The notes beneath the pieces were generated by a model. That model was not told where the DNA came from, ran no database searches, and saw nothing but the letters and a program-made list of their open reading frames with translations. Shown here in pieces: positions 32,701 to 43,922 of a DNA stretch of 64,000 nucleotides. Numbering within the stretch: position 1 is the stretch's first letter; every line of letters starts with the position of its first letter. Both the position numbers and the translations under genes were made by a program. The DNA is from Prochlorococcus sp. scB243_495L20 (GTDB taxonomy: Bacteria; Cyanobacteriota; Cyanobacteriia; PCC-6307; Cyanobiaceae), in the NCBI GenBank assembly GCA_000634215.1, contig JFLX01000113.1, forward strand, positions 899-64,898. The letters run 5' to 3'.

Positions 32701-34767
32701 ATGGTGGATACCAATAATCGAGAAAGTAGAAAATATAACATCACTGATAATGAAAATATCAGTACTAACTATTGGATTAATGGACTTCTCACTTGGTGGA
32801 GTGGATTCAGCTTAAGAACAAAGTTATTAGCGATAGCAACTCTTGTCGTAAGCCTCCTAATGACAGGAATAACTTTTTTTGCATTAAATAGCATTCAAAG
32901 AGATGCGGGTATGAATGATACTAGATATGCTCGAGATCTTGGCTTATTGTTATCTGGGAATGTTACAGAATTAGTCGCTAATAATCAAAAAAAAGAAATT
33001 TCAAATGTAGCCGAGAAATTTTGGAGATCAAGCAGAAACTTGCGTTATATATTCTTTACTGATGCTGAAGATATTGTTCAACTTGGGATACCGATCAGTG
33101 CAACACCAACAAGCTCGGACAGTCAATTTCAGCTTACTCGAAAATTAAAACTACCTTCAGAATTGAAGAAGAGACCACAGTTTCCTTTAGTTAGGCAGCA
33201 TGCGACACCTCAAGGTCAAGTAACAGATGTATTTGTCCCAATGTTGTGGAAAGGCAAATATCTTGGAACTTTAGCTCTGGGAGTCACTCCTAATAAAAAA
33301 GCACTAGCTAGTGCTGCCCTAACTAGAGAAGTAACCATTGCAGTTTTTATCTCTATTTGGGTTTTAGTAATACTTGGAGCTGTATTTAATGCACTGACAA
33401 TTACAAGACCAGTCAGAGAATTAGTAAGAGGTGTTAGAGAAATTTCAAGAGGAAATTTTAAATCTAGAATTTCTTTACCCATGACAGGTGATCTAGGAGA
33501 ACTCTTAAATGGATTTAACAGAATGGCAACACAGTTAGAAAATTATGACGAAGCTAATATAGAAGAACTAAAAGCGGCACAAATCAAGCAGCAATCATTA
33601 ATAGCTACAATGGCTGATGGTGCAATATTATTGGACTCTCAAGGCAATATTGTACTTACTAATCCTACAGCAAAAAGATTATTTCGTTGGGAAGGAAGAT
33701 TTCTAGAAGGCAAACATTTTTTAAATGAAATTCCCGAAATTTTATCAAACGACTTACATACAAATATAGAATCTATTTTAAACAGGGAAAAGGAGAAGGA
33801 CGATTTAAGGTTCAGTTTAGGAGAACCAGCAAGAACCTTAAGAGTTGTATTGCAAGCAGTTTTAGATACAAACAAAATTGAATTAAAAGGAATTGCTGTA
33901 ACAATCCAAGACTTAACCAGAGAAGTTGAACTTAATGCGGCGCAAAATAGATTCATAAGCAATGTTTCTCATGAATTAAGGACTCCACTTTTTAATATCA
34001 AAAGTTATGTTGAGACCTTACATGATTTAAAAGATCAGCTTTCTGATGAAGAACAAATAGAATTTTTGGGAATTGCAAATTCAGAGACTGATAGGTTAAC
34101 AAGACTTGTAAATGATGTATTAGATTTATCTAGATTAGAATCTGGGAAAATTGTTCAGCTAGAGCAAATGGATATTAAACCAGCAATAGAACAGACTCTT
34201 AGAAATTATAGACTTAATGCTTCAGAAAAAAATGTTTCATTAGCTCATGACATAGAGGAAACTATTCCTCCAATACTTGGAAATTTTGATTTGCTTTTGC
34301 AGGTTTTTGATAATTTACTAGGAAATGGATTGAAATTTAGTCCAAAAAACAGCGCTCTTATTATAAGAGCTTATACTTGGCCAGATTCCTGTCCTGCTTT
34401 TCCTCCAAGTATTCAAAATGATGGGGCCCCTCAATGTGAATTAGTTTCACCACTCCCAAAAGTAAGAATTGAGATTGCTGATACTGGATCTGGAATATCT
34501 CAGACTGATCAAGAAAAGATATTTGATCGTTTTTATAGAGTAGAGAATTCTGTTCATACTGAGCAAGGCACAGGTTTAGGTTTATCTATAGTGCGAGGAA
34601 TAATCGAAAAACACGGTGGGGAGATTCGTATGGCCAGTGAATTAGGAGTTGGAACAACGTTTTGGTTTGATTTAGCCTTGGCACAATCTGATAAAGATGA
34701 ATTATTGGCAAAAGCCATTAATAACTCAGATTCCTTTTCAGGTTCTGAAATTAAAGAAGTTATCTAA
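32701..34767 (+). CDS. nblS: Sensor histidine kinase NblS/Hik33 (TM-HAMP-PAS-HisKA-HATPase)
   Basis: Two TMs, HAMP, PAS (ADGAILLD), H-box SHELRTPL, N/G boxes (NGLKF, DTGSGI, GTGLGLSI). Confidence 0.92.
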   Translation: MVDTNNRESRKYNITDNENISTNYWINGLLTWWSGFSLRTKLLAIATLVVSLLMTGITFFALNSIQRDAGMNDTRYARDLGLLLSGNVTELVANNQKKEISNVAEKFWRSSRNLRYIFFTDAEDIVQLGIPISATPTSSDSQFQLTRKLKLPSELKKRPQFPLVRQHATPQGQVTDVFVPMLWKGKYLGTLALGVTPNKKALASAALTREVTIAVFISIWVLVILGAVFNALTITRPVRELVRGVREISRGNFKSRISLPMTGDLGELLNGFNRMATQLENYDEANIEELKAAQIKQQSLIATMADGAILLDSQGNIVLTNPTAKRLFRWEGRFLEGKHFLNEIPEILSNDLHTNIESILNREKEKDDLRFSLGEPARTLRVVLQAVLDTNKIELKGIAVTIQDLTREVELNAAQNRFISNVSHELRTPLFNIKSYVETLHDLKDQLSDEEQIEFLGIANSETDRLTRLVNDVLDLSRLESGKIVQLEQMDIKPAIEQTLRNYRLNASEKNVSLAHDIEETIPPILGNFDLLLQVFDNLLGNGLKFSPKNSALIIRAYTWPDSCPAFPPSIQNDGAPQCELVSPLPKVRIEIADTGSGISQTDQEKIFDRFYRVENSVHTEQGTGLGLSIVRGIIEKHGGEIRMASELGVGTTFWFDLALAQSDKDELLAKAINNSDSFSGSEIKEVI

Positions 34768-36293
34768 TTATTATCTATTCCTCTAAAAACATTTTGAACA
34801 TTTTGATCAGGCATTACTCTATGAGGGGCACCACTAAATATTTGTTCAAAATTAGAAAAAGAATCCCTTATTTCTGGGCCACTATTCGTAATGATAAATT
34901 CTCTTATTCGTTTATCATGCCATGAACCCCGCATTTTAAAAACATTTAAAGCTCGTGCCATCTCTCCTTTTATTTCTACATATTGAAGCAACAATATGGT
35001 ATCTGTAATTGTTGAGATATGAGAATCAGTTATAGAATGGCTTCCCATAAATTCTTCTGCAGTATTAGTAAAAAATCCTGCTATTTCCTCTTGTTTTGTA
35101 TAACCAGTCACAGCAATTACAAACTGTCTAAAAGCATTCAAACTTACACCTCTTGCTAATGCAGAGAGAGAATCTATTGCCATTCTTTTAGGTTTAAATT
35201 GATTAATTTGCGTTTTTATAATTTGTAAGTGATCCTCTAAACCAGTTGATTCAGGATATGCACAAATAATTTTTAATAACCCATCACTTTCCATTTTTTC
35301 AAAATCTATGCCCCAGCTGGTAGCATTCCTAAGCAATTGAGCCCTAGATTCTTCATACGCAAAAAGTATTGCTCTTTCATTATTGTTATAAGCATCTTCA
35401 ACAAATTTTGATACAAGCATTGTTTTGCCGGTACCAGTTGCTCCGGTGGCGAGAATAATGGAATCTTGAAAATATCCTCCACCACACATATCATCAAGAT
35501 CTTTAACTCCAGAGCTAATCCTAATATTTGAGGATCTCTGCGTTAATCTCATTGCTCCTAAGGCAAACACACTTATTCCATCCATTCCCATAGTAAATGG
35601 ATATTCACCTTTCATGTGTACAGTACCCCTTAACTTCAGAACTTCTAGAGTTCTTCTTCTCTTTTCTGACTCAAGAACATTTCTTAATAAAACAACATTA
35701 TCAGATACAAATTCTTCTACACCATATCTTGCAATTGGTCCGTAATCATCCACCCTTTCTGTAGTCATAACTGTCGTCACACCTATTTCTTTTAATCTTG
35801 CTATTAATCTAAATATTTCTCTTCTAACAACGTAAATAGCATCATACTGTTGAAAGACAGCAGTTATTGAATCTATTGCAACTCTTTTAGCTTTATATTT
35901 TCTAATTGCATAACTAATTCTTTCAATAAGACCGGACAAGTCAAAGTTACCCGCCACATCCTGACCATCAGGATCAGGAGATGCGTCCAAAATAAAAAGT
36001 TTATTTTGATCAATTAACTCTTGTAAATCCCAACCAAAACTTGCGGCATTTCTAATAATATCCAGAGGTGACTCTTCAAATGTTACAAAGATTCCAGGCT
36101 CATCAAAATTACAAATTCCATGGTGTAAATATTGCAGAGAAAAAACAGTTTTACCAGTTCCTGAGGTGCCACTAACGAGTGTACTTCTAGATACAGGCAA
36201 CCCACCCCTACAAACATCATCAAAACCTTCTATTCCAGTTGGTAATTTTTGTACTTGCATTTTATTTGATTTGCCAAATTTCTTATCATTCAT
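34764..36293 (-). CDS. kaiC: Circadian clock kinase KaiC
   Basis: Two Walker A motifs (GTSGTGKT, GATGTGKT) and the phosphosite region HISTITDTI. Confidence 0.98.
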   Translation of the reverse strand: MNDKKFGKSNKMQVQKLPTGIEGFDDVCRGGLPVSRSTLVSGTSGTGKTVFSLQYLHHGICNFDEPGIFVTFEESPLDIIRNAASFGWDLQELIDQNKLFILDASPDPDGQDVAGNFDLSGLIERISYAIRKYKAKRVAIDSITAVFQQYDAIYVVRREIFRLIARLKEIGVTTVMTTERVDDYGPIARYGVEEFVSDNVVLLRNVLESEKRRRTLEVLKLRGTVHMKGEYPFTMGMDGISVFALGAMRLTQRSSNIRISSGVKDLDDMCGGGYFQDSIILATGATGTGKTMLVSKFVEDAYNNNERAILFAYEESRAQLLRNATSWGIDFEKMESDGLLKIICAYPESTGLEDHLQIIKTQINQFKPKRMAIDSLSALARGVSLNAFRQFVIAVTGYTKQEEIAGFFTNTAEEFMGSHSITDSHISTITDTILLLQYVEIKGEMARALNVFKMRGSWHDKRIREFIITNSGPEIRDSFSNFEQIFSGAPHRVMPDQNVQNVFRGIDNN

Positions 36294-36362
36294 AGTTTTT
36301 GTACTAATTAAACAAAAATAAAATAAATTTTGAAATTATTTTAAATTTAAAATTTTTACATA

Positions 36363-36680
36363 TTATTTATCTCCACTATATTCAGTTTCAGTTAATTCAT
36401 CAAAAAGTAGATCTAAACCAATTAAAACTTTTTCTCTATCTGAAAGATCACCTATTATTTTTCTAACTGGTGGCGGTAAAATTTTAGCTAACGTTGGAGT
36501 GGCTAAAATTTTATCTTCTTCTGCAAGTTGTGGTTGCTTAAGTACATCGATAACTTTCAAAGCATAAACTCCTTTGAATTCATTATCTAAAATTTCTCTT
36601 AAGGTATTTAAAGCTCTCATCGAATTAGGAGTATTTCCAGCAACATAGAGTTTTAAAATATATGTTTTCCTTGCTGCCAT
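36363..36680 (-). CDS. kaiB: Circadian clock protein KaiB
   Basis: [14 protein letters not shown]...ILATPTL...RKIIGDLS. Confidence 0.98.
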   Translation of the reverse strand: MAARKTYILKLYVAGNTPNSMRALNTLREILDNEFKGVYALKVIDVLKQPQLAEEDKILATPTLAKILPPPVRKIIGDLSDREKVLIGLDLLFDELTETEYSGDK

Positions 36681-36823
36681 CGTTATAGTTCCTGAATTGA
36701 TATAAAAGATTTAAAACAACCCTTGACTTATTACACTACAAAATAAGAAAATAAACAAACTATTATGATAGCTTTTTGGGCTAAATCAAATTATTAATTT
36801 GAGCCTAGTAGCGTCTTTAAAAT

Positions 36824-37264
36824 ATGACAAATTCTAAAAACTCCTCAAACAATTCTTCAGAAAATAATGAATTGTATGCAATAGCAGAAACTTCAGGTCA
36901 ACAATTTTGGTTCGAAGTTGATAGATACTATGACATAGACAGGTTAAATGCAAAAGAAAAAGACAAGATAACACTGGAAAAAGTTTTAGTTTTAAAAGAC
37001 AAAGAGTCCATAACTATTGGTAAACCTTACGTTAAAGATGCAAAAATTGAATTAGAGGTAGTCTCTCATAAAAGAGATAAGAAGATTCTCGTATACAAGA
37101 TGCGTCCCAAAAAAAAGACAAGAAGAAAGATGGGACACAGACAAGAACTTACAAGAGTTATGGTAAAATCTATTACAATAGGGAAAAGCGTTCCTAAGTC
37201 TTCTTCTAAAAAGGAAACTGTAAAAAAGGAAACTAAACCAAAATCCGAAAAATCTACAAATTAA
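36824..37264 (+). CDS. rplU: 50S ribosomal protein L21
   Basis: YAIAETSGQQF...YKMRPKKKTRRKMGHRQELTR. Confidence 0.97.
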   Translation: MTNSKNSSNNSSENNELYAIAETSGQQFWFEVDRYYDIDRLNAKEKDKITLEKVLVLKDKESITIGKPYVKDAKIELEVVSHKRDKKILVYKMRPKKKTRRKMGHRQELTRVMVKSITIGKSVPKSSSKKETVKKETKPKSEKSTN

Positions 37265-37273
37265 ACACTTCTA

Positions 37274-37534
37274 ATGGCACATAAAAAAGGAACAGGTTCT
37301 ACTAGAAACGGAAGAGATTCAAATTCCAAAAGATTGGGCGTGAAAGCTTATGGAGGAGAAAAAGTAACTGCTGGATCAATTTTAATTCGCCAAAGAGGTA
37401 CATCCTTTTTGCCCGGGACCAATGTCGGAAAAGGTAAAGATGACACACTTTTTGCACTCAAAGAAGGAATAGTAAGTTTCGAAAGCATTAAAAGAAATTT
37501 AAGAAATAGAAAAAGAGTTAATATAGTTATCTAA
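37274..37534 (+). CDS. rpmA: 50S ribosomal protein L27
   Basis: [24 protein letters not shown]. Confidence 0.98.
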   Translation: MAHKKGTGSTRNGRDSNSKRLGVKAYGGEKVTAGSILIRQRGTSFLPGTNVGKGKDDTLFALKEGIVSFESIKRNLRNRKRVNIVI

Positions 37535-38324
37535 TTTTCTTATAAGCTCTTGTAGTTATAAGAATAGGATGAAATACTTCTAAAAAATTTGATTGAAGAG
37601 TTTCAAAAAATTTTTCAACAATCTCAATATCGTCAATATGAAAAGGATACTCATTCTGATCACCTTTGTAAAAATACCAATTAAATAAAGCGATAGAATT
37701 AGGATCCATAAACTCATTGAAAATCTCAATTTGTGAAGCTGGATCAGCAAGATGTTCCAAAACATCAAGGCAAACTATAGTATCAAATTTAGATATTTGT
37801 ATATCTTGAATTGTCTTGCAAAAAGTAAGTTTTTTTTCGACTCCTAATTTCTTTGCCCTGTATTCAACAAAATTTCTATTTGTTTGATTTATATCTACAA
37901 AAAAAACATGCTCAACTTTTGAAGACATAGCGTTAGCTAAGGCATGCGTTCCAATTCCTCCTCCAAAATCTAAAACCAAATCTTTAGAAAATCTCTGCTG
38001 AAGTTTTAAAGTATCAGCGATGTATTCCCTACTCGTGAGATGCCAAGCAGCTAAATCAGCTACATGCCGATCTCCAACTATTTCAGTATAAAAATCCGAA
38101 ACATCATTCAAAGCATCTCCAGGATGTGAATTTGCCAAATTCATCTTTGCATTTGCAAGGAATCCATCTAAATCACATTCTCTAATAGATAAGTATTCCA
38201 TTAAATGTGATTTCAAATTAAAAGCATTGTCTAAAAACTCTTTTAAAATAAAATTATTGTCTTTCAATTTCTTTCTCATAATTTCCAATATCAAAATCAT
38301 AGGATGGTTATAAATCTTTCTCAA
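37527..38324 (-). CDS. Class I SAM-dependent methyltransferase, substrate unknown
   Basis: [10 protein letters not shown] motif [19 protein letters not shown]. Confidence 0.85.
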   Translation of the reverse strand: MRKIYNHPMILILEIMRKKLKDNNFILKEFLDNAFNLKSHLMEYLSIRECDLDGFLANAKMNLANSHPGDALNDVSDFYTEIVGDRHVADLAAWHLTSREYIADTLKLQQRFSKDLVLDFGGGIGTHALANAMSSKVEHVFFVDINQTNRNFVEYRAKKLGVEKKLTFCKTIQDIQISKFDTIVCLDVLEHLADPASQIEIFNEFMDPNSIALFNWYFYKGDQNEYPFHIDDIEIVEKFFETLQSNFLEVFHPILITTRAYKKIR

Positions 38325-38343
38325 AGTATTCTTAATATTAAAA

Positions 38344-39261
38344 ATGGAAACTAAAGATGGATTCTTAGTAATTAATAAAGATAAAGGATGTACTTCACAT
38401 GATTGTGTTAAACAAATAAGAAAGTTACTAAATACAAAAAAGGTCGGTCACACAGGAACTCTTGACCCAGAAGTTATAGGAATACTACCAATCGCGATAG
38501 GCAGTGCAACAAGATTTATTCAATATCTACCTCAGGGTAAAAGTTACATAGGACAAATTAAATTAGGGATAAGAACTAACACTGATGATATTCACGGAGA
38601 AATAATTAATCAAAAAAGTTGGCCTAAAATCAGTGATGAAAAATTAGATCAATACTTAAATAGATTTAGAGGAATTATTAAACAAATCCCGCCGAAAGTA
38701 TCTAGTGTGCATGTTAATGGAGAGAGAGCTTATAAAAAATCTTTCAGGAATGAAGTTTTTGAATTAGCACCAAGAGAAGTAAAAATAGACGAACTTACTT
38801 TAATGAAATGGGACCAAATAAACGGAATAATAGAAATAAAAGTTAAATGTTCAGCTGGCACATACATAAGAGCAATTGCAAGAGATTTAGGAGAAATTCT
38901 TAATTCCGAGGGTTGCCTTCTACAGCTAAAAAGAATTTCAGCTTGTGGCTTTGATGAACAAAACTCGATAAAAATATCTGATATCGAAAAAGATAAAAAA
39001 AACTCGAAAAATTTCATTATTCCCACAATTTCTGCTCTTAATCACATTTCATCATTTGTCTTAAGTACCGAAGAACAAATCAATTTTTGGCAAACAGGAA
39101 GAGCAATTAGAGTTGATATTAATTACTTCCAGGAAAACAAATCTTTTGATTACAAAAAACCCATAAAAGTAATAGATAAAAAACAAATACTACTTGGGAT
39201 AGGTTTCTTAAATGAAGAGCAATCTAATATAAATCCAAAATTAGTCCTTAATGCTAAATAA
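38344..39261 (+). CDS. truB: tRNA pseudouridine(55) synthase
   Basis: [41 protein letters not shown]. Confidence 0.96.
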   Translation: METKDGFLVINKDKGCTSHDCVKQIRKLLNTKKVGHTGTLDPEVIGILPIAIGSATRFIQYLPQGKSYIGQIKLGIRTNTDDIHGEIINQKSWPKISDEKLDQYLNRFRGIIKQIPPKVSSVHVNGERAYKKSFRNEVFELAPREVKIDELTLMKWDQINGIIEIKVKCSAGTYIRAIARDLGEILNSEGCLLQLKRISACGFDEQNSIKISDIEKDKKNSKNFIIPTISALNHISSFVLSTEEQINFWQTGRAIRVDINYFQENKSFDYKKPIKVIDKKQILLGIGFLNEEQSNINPKLVLNAK

Positions 39262-39264
39262 CTT

Positions 39265-40455
39265 CTATAGGTAATCTTTTCTAAAAGGTTTAACCTGCAC
39301 ACCCTTATAAAAATGCTTTAATATTCTTTCAGCTTTTTGGCCTCTAGACGCCAGATATTTAGCCCCCCACTGACTCATTCCGACTCCATGACCTGATCCT
39401 TGTCCAAAAACTATCAACCCTTTCTGTTGAGGAGTATTGTTGTTTAATTCTTCCTCAAAAAATTTAAATCTGATAAAATTACTGTTCAGGCCTAATCTTT
39501 TTCTAAAATCTACCCCAGATATTTGATCAGAACCATAAGCCCCAATAAGTTTTAAATTTTTTACCCTCCCTGTACTAGTAATATCTAAAATCTCTATATT
39601 TTTTAAACCTCCAATCTTTGGAAATAAATTTATTAATTCATTACTCGAAATTTTTTTTTGCCATCTAAATTTTGGATTATTTTTATCAAAATCTTTCACA
39701 CTTGATAAATATGGATATTTATTTTTCCATACATCTTGACTATTTTCCGTCATTCCACCTGAGCTGCTATGAAACAAAGCATTAATTAATTTATTTTTAT
39801 ACGTTAAAACCAAAGATCTTGTACTTTTAACGGCTCTGATAGTTTTATAAGTTCTTGATTCCAAGCCATTATAGACTTGATTTTTCTGGGTTGAATCTAT
39901 ATCAAATAAATTATTTCCCTTTTGCTTTAAAGCATAAGTTCTTGAAGCAATTGCTTGTGCCTTTAATGCTTCAATAGGCCATTTCGTTGGCATTTCTGAA
40001 CCCACTACGCTATTAAGGTATTTTTCTATTCCTAAAACATTTACTACCAATATTTCGGAGTCGAGTACAAAGAGATTAAGCTTACCAGCAAATCTCTTCT
40101 GACCTACCCAAATACCTCTTCCATCGGAAGAACTCACTCGAAATTTTTGATTACTTTTTAAGTCATATTTTTTTTGTTTATTCTTATCAAAATATAAAAT
40201 TTTTCTATTTTTCTCATTTTTCAAAGTTAGACCTTTTATTCTTTTGCGTGAAAAAAATTTACCCTCTATTGTTAAAGGAATTGATCTATCTGATCTGATC
40301 CTTAAATTGTTATTTTTTGATATCAAAACTCTAATGATTGGTTCTCTGGATGCAAAAACACTTTCACTCTGAAAAATAGAAATAAATAAAATACTTATCA
40401 GGCAAAATTTTCTATAGTTATTTTTAAATTTAAGTATCACTTTGTTTAAAAACAA
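39265..40455 (-). CDS. SpoIID/LytB domain protein
   Basis: YLNSVVGSEMP, EALKAQAIASRTYA, QVYNG, GSGHGVGMSQWGA. Confidence 0.92.
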   Translation of the reverse strand: MFLNKVILKFKNNYRKFCLISILFISIFQSESVFASREPIIRVLISKNNNLRIRSDRSIPLTIEGKFFSRKRIKGLTLKNEKNRKILYFDKNKQKKYDLKSNQKFRVSSSDGRGIWVGQKRFAGKLNLFVLDSEILVVNVLGIEKYLNSVVGSEMPTKWPIEALKAQAIASRTYALKQKGNNLFDIDSTQKNQVYNGLESRTYKTIRAVKSTRSLVLTYKNKLINALFHSSSGGMTENSQDVWKNKYPYLSSVKDFDKNNPKFRWQKKISSNELINLFPKIGGLKNIEILDITSTGRVKNLKLIGAYGSDQISGVDFRKRLGLNSNFIRFKFFEEELNNNTPQQKGLIVFGQGSGHGVGMSQWGAKYLASRGQKAERILKHFYKGVQVKPFRKDYL

Positions 40456-40528
40456 ATGCTTAATTTGCCTAAGTTTGACTAAAAGTCTAAATTTAATCCA
40501 GATATAACAATAAAAATATCATAAATAA

Positions 40529-41467
40529 GTGAATATCACCTTCTTAGGAACAAGCTCAGGTGTCCCATCCTTAACGAGAAATGTTTCTTCCCTAGCACTT
40601 AAATTATCACAGTCATCAGAAGTTTGGCTTTTTGATTGCGGAGAAGGAACGCAACATCAAATAATGAAAAGCAATATTAAATCTTCACAAATCAAGAAAA
40701 TATTTATTACTCATATGCATGGTGATCATATTTATGGTTTGCCTGGACTTTTAGCTACCTTAGGTTTATCAGGAAATAGTGAGGGTATTCAAATTTACGG
40801 TCCTTCAGGGTTGCGAAGTTTTATAAATTCATCACTTAAAAGTAGTTTTTGCAAATTGTCTTTTCCATTAAATTTTGTGGAAGTTGAAAATTTTGCATCA
40901 GAAAATAAAATCCTATTTGAAAACAACAAAATTAAAGTAAACTGCGCCTGTCTTAAACATAAAATACCTGCTTATGGTTATAGGGTGAGTGAAAAAGACA
41001 AACCAGGTATATTTGATATCAAAAAAGCAGAGTCTCTAAAAATTGCACCTGGACCAATTTATTCAGAATTGCAACAAGGTAAAAAAGTCGTATTAGCGGA
41101 TGGCAGGACATTCGATGGGAAAGAATTCTGTGGACCTCCTAGAAAAGGTGAAAGTTTTGTTTATTGCACAGATACGGTGTTTAGCGAATCAGCTGTTTCA
41201 CTATCAAAAAATGCCGATTTACTCGTACATGAATCGACTTTTTCAGTGGAGGATGAAAGCATGGCATACGAAAAATTACATTCCACAACAATCATGGCTG
41301 CCAAAACAGCATTATTATCTAACACAAAAAAATTAATTATTACTCATTTAAGTCCAAGATATACTAATAAAAACGCAATTACTCCAAGCGATTTGCTTAA
41401 AGAGGCTCAAAAAGTTTTTCCAAATACTCAGCTTGCAAAAGATTTTCTAACGGCAGAAATAAAATAA
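40529..41467 (+). CDS. rnz: Ribonuclease Z
   Basis: FLGTSSG, FDCGEGTQ, THMHGDHIYGLPG, CTDT, LVHESTF, LIITHLSPRY. Confidence 0.97.
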   Translation: MNITFLGTSSGVPSLTRNVSSLALKLSQSSEVWLFDCGEGTQHQIMKSNIKSSQIKKIFITHMHGDHIYGLPGLLATLGLSGNSEGIQIYGPSGLRSFINSSLKSSFCKLSFPLNFVEVENFASENKILFENNKIKVNCACLKHKIPAYGYRVSEKDKPGIFDIKKAESLKIAPGPIYSELQQGKKVVLADGRTFDGKEFCGPPRKGESFVYCTDTVFSESAVSLSKNADLLVHESTFSVEDESMAYEKLHSTTIMAAKTALLSNTKKLIITHLSPRYTNKNAITPSDLLKEAQKVFPNTQLAKDFLTAEIK

Positions 41468-41538
41468 ACTGCAACAGTTCGTTAGCAGGAGCGTTGTAAA
41501 TGACCAACCCATGAAATAATAGTCTTAGGTTTTTCTAT

Positions 41539-42102
41539 TTGATGTCGATCGAAATGGTCTCTATTTTTTCATCACTACATAAGTCTTGTAAAAGACTATT
41601 TATTTTTCTTTCATTAATTATTGGGTTACTTATTAATCCAATATCTGCAAATGCACTCTATCCTAGTGATCCTTCATCAGTTGACGTTCTAAAAGATGAT
41701 CTTCACGGTGCTGACCTTCATAATACTGAATATGTTAAATATGATTTATCTAATCAAGATTTAGGAGAAGCTAATCTTCAAGGTGCATATATGAGTGTGA
41801 CGACTGCAAAAAACTCTAGTTTTAAAGGAGCCAATATGACGGACCTTATTGCATATGCAACACGCTTTGATAATGCCGATTTTACAGATGCAAATCTTAC
41901 CAATGGCGAGCTAATGAAAAGTGTTTTTGATGGAGCAATTATTGATGGGGCAGATTTTACTGATGCAAATCTTGATCTTTCTCAAAGAAAATCATTATGT
42001 GAAAGAGCTAGTGGAACTAACTCACAAACTGGAGTTAATACAATTGATAGTCTTGAATGCACTGGCTTAAAAGGTTACATGCCTCCAAAGCCAAAAGCAT
42101 AA
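41539..42102 (+). CDS. Pentapeptide-repeat protein with signal peptide (probably lumenal/periplasmic)
   Basis: A(D/N)LxxA repeats (ADLHN, ANLQG, ADFTDANLT), an N-terminal signal segment and a C-terminal Cys pair. Confidence 0.9.
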   Translation: MMSIEMVSIFSSLHKSCKRLFIFLSLIIGLLINPISANALYPSDPSSVDVLKDDLHGADLHNTEYVKYDLSNQDLGEANLQGAYMSVTTAKNSSFKGANMTDLIAYATRFDNADFTDANLTNGELMKSVFDGAIIDGADFTDANLDLSQRKSLCERASGTNSQTGVNTIDSLECTGLKGYMPPKPKA

Positions 42103-42111
42103 TATTTAAAG

Positions 42112-42480
42112 CTAACCAATTTCAGAAGGGAAGATATTACCAGGTTCTTTTGAGCCTGGTTTTTTGCTGTACCACCATTCTTGTATATCAGAAGAAAATT
42201 TCTTTGAAAAAAGAGTTATAACTGTCTCAACAGGTTTTGATCCAGGCTCCAAAATCTGAACTGAGTAAGATGGACATTTTCTTGAGGCCATATCAGCAAC
42301 GAACCTAGACCCTATTCTTCTCCAACTAGGCTCCTTACTTCTCCAAGCAAGCCTTGAGCAGGGCCAAGGTAACTCTTCCCTATCATAGAGTCTGCAACAT
42401 GGGCCAATTACCTTATAACTGTACTGACCACCATAACTTGATTGAACACTGTCAGTCTTGAAAAATTCAAATTTATCCAT
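42112..42480 (-). CDS. Conserved cyanobacterial hypothetical protein
   Basis: 122-aa ATG ORF, Trp/Cys-rich (IGPCCRLYDREELPWPCSRL). Confidence 0.75.
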   Translation of the reverse strand: MDKFEFFKTDSVQSSYGGQYSYKVIGPCCRLYDREELPWPCSRLAWRSKEPSWRRIGSRFVADMASRKCPSYSVQILEPGSKPVETVITLFSKKFSSDIQEWWYSKKPGSKEPGNIFPSEIG

Positions 42481-42484
42481 TTAC

Positions 42485-42514
42485 AAAAAAAAAGCCACCT
42501 TCATAGAGGGTGGC
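42485..42514 (-). terminator. Intrinsic terminator of petF
   Basis: GCCACC-N9-GGTGGC stem (42494-42514) followed on the minus strand by T9. Confidence 0.85.
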
Positions 42515-42559
42515 AGAGAAATAATCAATAATCAACTTAGAAAAGTTAAATTTTTATAA

Positions 42560-42859
42560 TTAGTACAATTCTTCCTCAGCATGAGTTGTAATTGTTACAT
42601 CAGATGTTGGATAAGCAACACAAGTAAGAACAAAACCAGCTTCTAGTTGGTCGTCATCCAAGAAACTTTGATCAGACTGATCAACACTACCTGAAGTAAC
42701 TTTTCCAGCACATGTTGAACATGCACCAGCTCTGCAGGAATAAGGAAGGTCGATACCTTGTTCTTCAGCTGCATCGAGGATGTATTGGTCATCAGGTACT
42801 TCAATAGTTGAATTGAGGCCTTCACCTTCGCTGATGAGAGTAACTTTGTAAGAAGCCAT
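42560..42859 (-). CDS. petF: Plant-type [2Fe-2S] ferredoxin
   Basis: [13 protein letters not shown]...VLTCVAYP. Confidence 0.98.
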   Translation of the reverse strand: MASYKVTLISEGEGLNSTIEVPDDQYILDAAEEQGIDLPYSCRAGACSTCAGKVTSGSVDQSDQSFLDDDQLEAGFVLTCVAYPTSDVTITTHAEEELY

Positions 42860-42993
42860 TTAAATAAAAAATTGTTGGTAATTAATACCTATCAAATACA
42901 TTTTTAACATCGATTAGGTCGATATGTGAGATTTTGAAGTAAAAAATGACACAATAAAATGTATGAAAGAGTATCTATAAGAAAAACTTATAC

Positions 42994-43905
42994 TTAGGTT
43001 GGATCGCTGGCTTTTTGCGCAGAAACGCATGCCCAATCTTTTCTAGTTGATACATCCAATAATTTCAAGTCATGCTGAATTAATATTTTTATAATTTCAT
43101 CCTTTTGTGAATTCAGAATTCCACTGAAAATTACTTCCCCATTGCTTCTCAAGCACTTATAGATATTTGGAATCATTCCTTTTATTACTTCAGCAAGAAT
43201 ATTGCATAAAACAAAATCAAATTGTTCGAGTTGATTTTTTAAAATTACCTCATTAAAAGATCCCAAATATGTATTTAATTTGTTTAAATTACCGAAATTC
43301 AGTTGGAAATTAGATTTTGTTGAATTTATAGCTAAATAATCATTATCCACTGCACAAACCTCTTTAGCGCCAAGTAATCTTGCGGCGACACTCAAAATCC
43401 CGCTACCGCTCCCAATATCTAATACTTTTTTATCAGAAAATAAAATATTCTCCATTTTTTCCAAGCAAAGATAAGTTGAAGGATGACTTCCTGTACCAAA
43501 AGCTGCTCCAGGATCAATTTTTATGATTTGTTTATCTTTAAATTTTTTATTTAGATTTATCCAACAAGGTAATATTAAAAAATGATTTCCTACTAATTCA
43601 GGAGCCCAATATTTCTTCCAACTTGTTAACCAATCCTCCTCTTTGATAATACTCCATTCAAAAAATTGATTCTTAAGGGGATTAATGTTTAAAAGTTTGC
43701 TAATTATTTTTTCAAAACCACTTCTAGAACTCTCATCCCAATCATCAATTGGAAGCCATATATTAACTTCTTTTTTATTTTCATTTTTAATTAAATATTC
43801 AAATGAAAAACTAAATATTCCCAGCTCATTTAATTTCCAAATAATAATTTCTTCAGAATCACTTTCTATCAGAAAAGTTAGTTTATACCAATCTTTAATT
43901 GCCAT
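42994..43905 (-). CDS. prmA: Ribosomal protein L11 methyltransferase
   Basis: [37 protein letters not shown]. Confidence 0.95.
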   Translation of the reverse strand: MAIKDWYKLTFLIESDSEEIIIWKLNELGIFSFSFEYLIKNENKKEVNIWLPIDDWDESSRSGFEKIISKLLNINPLKNQFFEWSIIKEEDWLTSWKKYWAPELVGNHFLILPCWINLNKKFKDKQIIKIDPGAAFGTGSHPSTYLCLEKMENILFSDKKVLDIGSGSGILSVAARLLGAKEVCAVDNDYLAINSTKSNFQLNFGNLNKLNTYLGSFNEVILKNQLEQFDFVLCNILAEVIKGMIPNIYKCLRSNGEVIFSGILNSQKDEIIKILIQHDLKLLDVSTRKDWACVSAQKASDPT

Positions 43906-43922
43906 TAATAGAGCTGGCCTCT

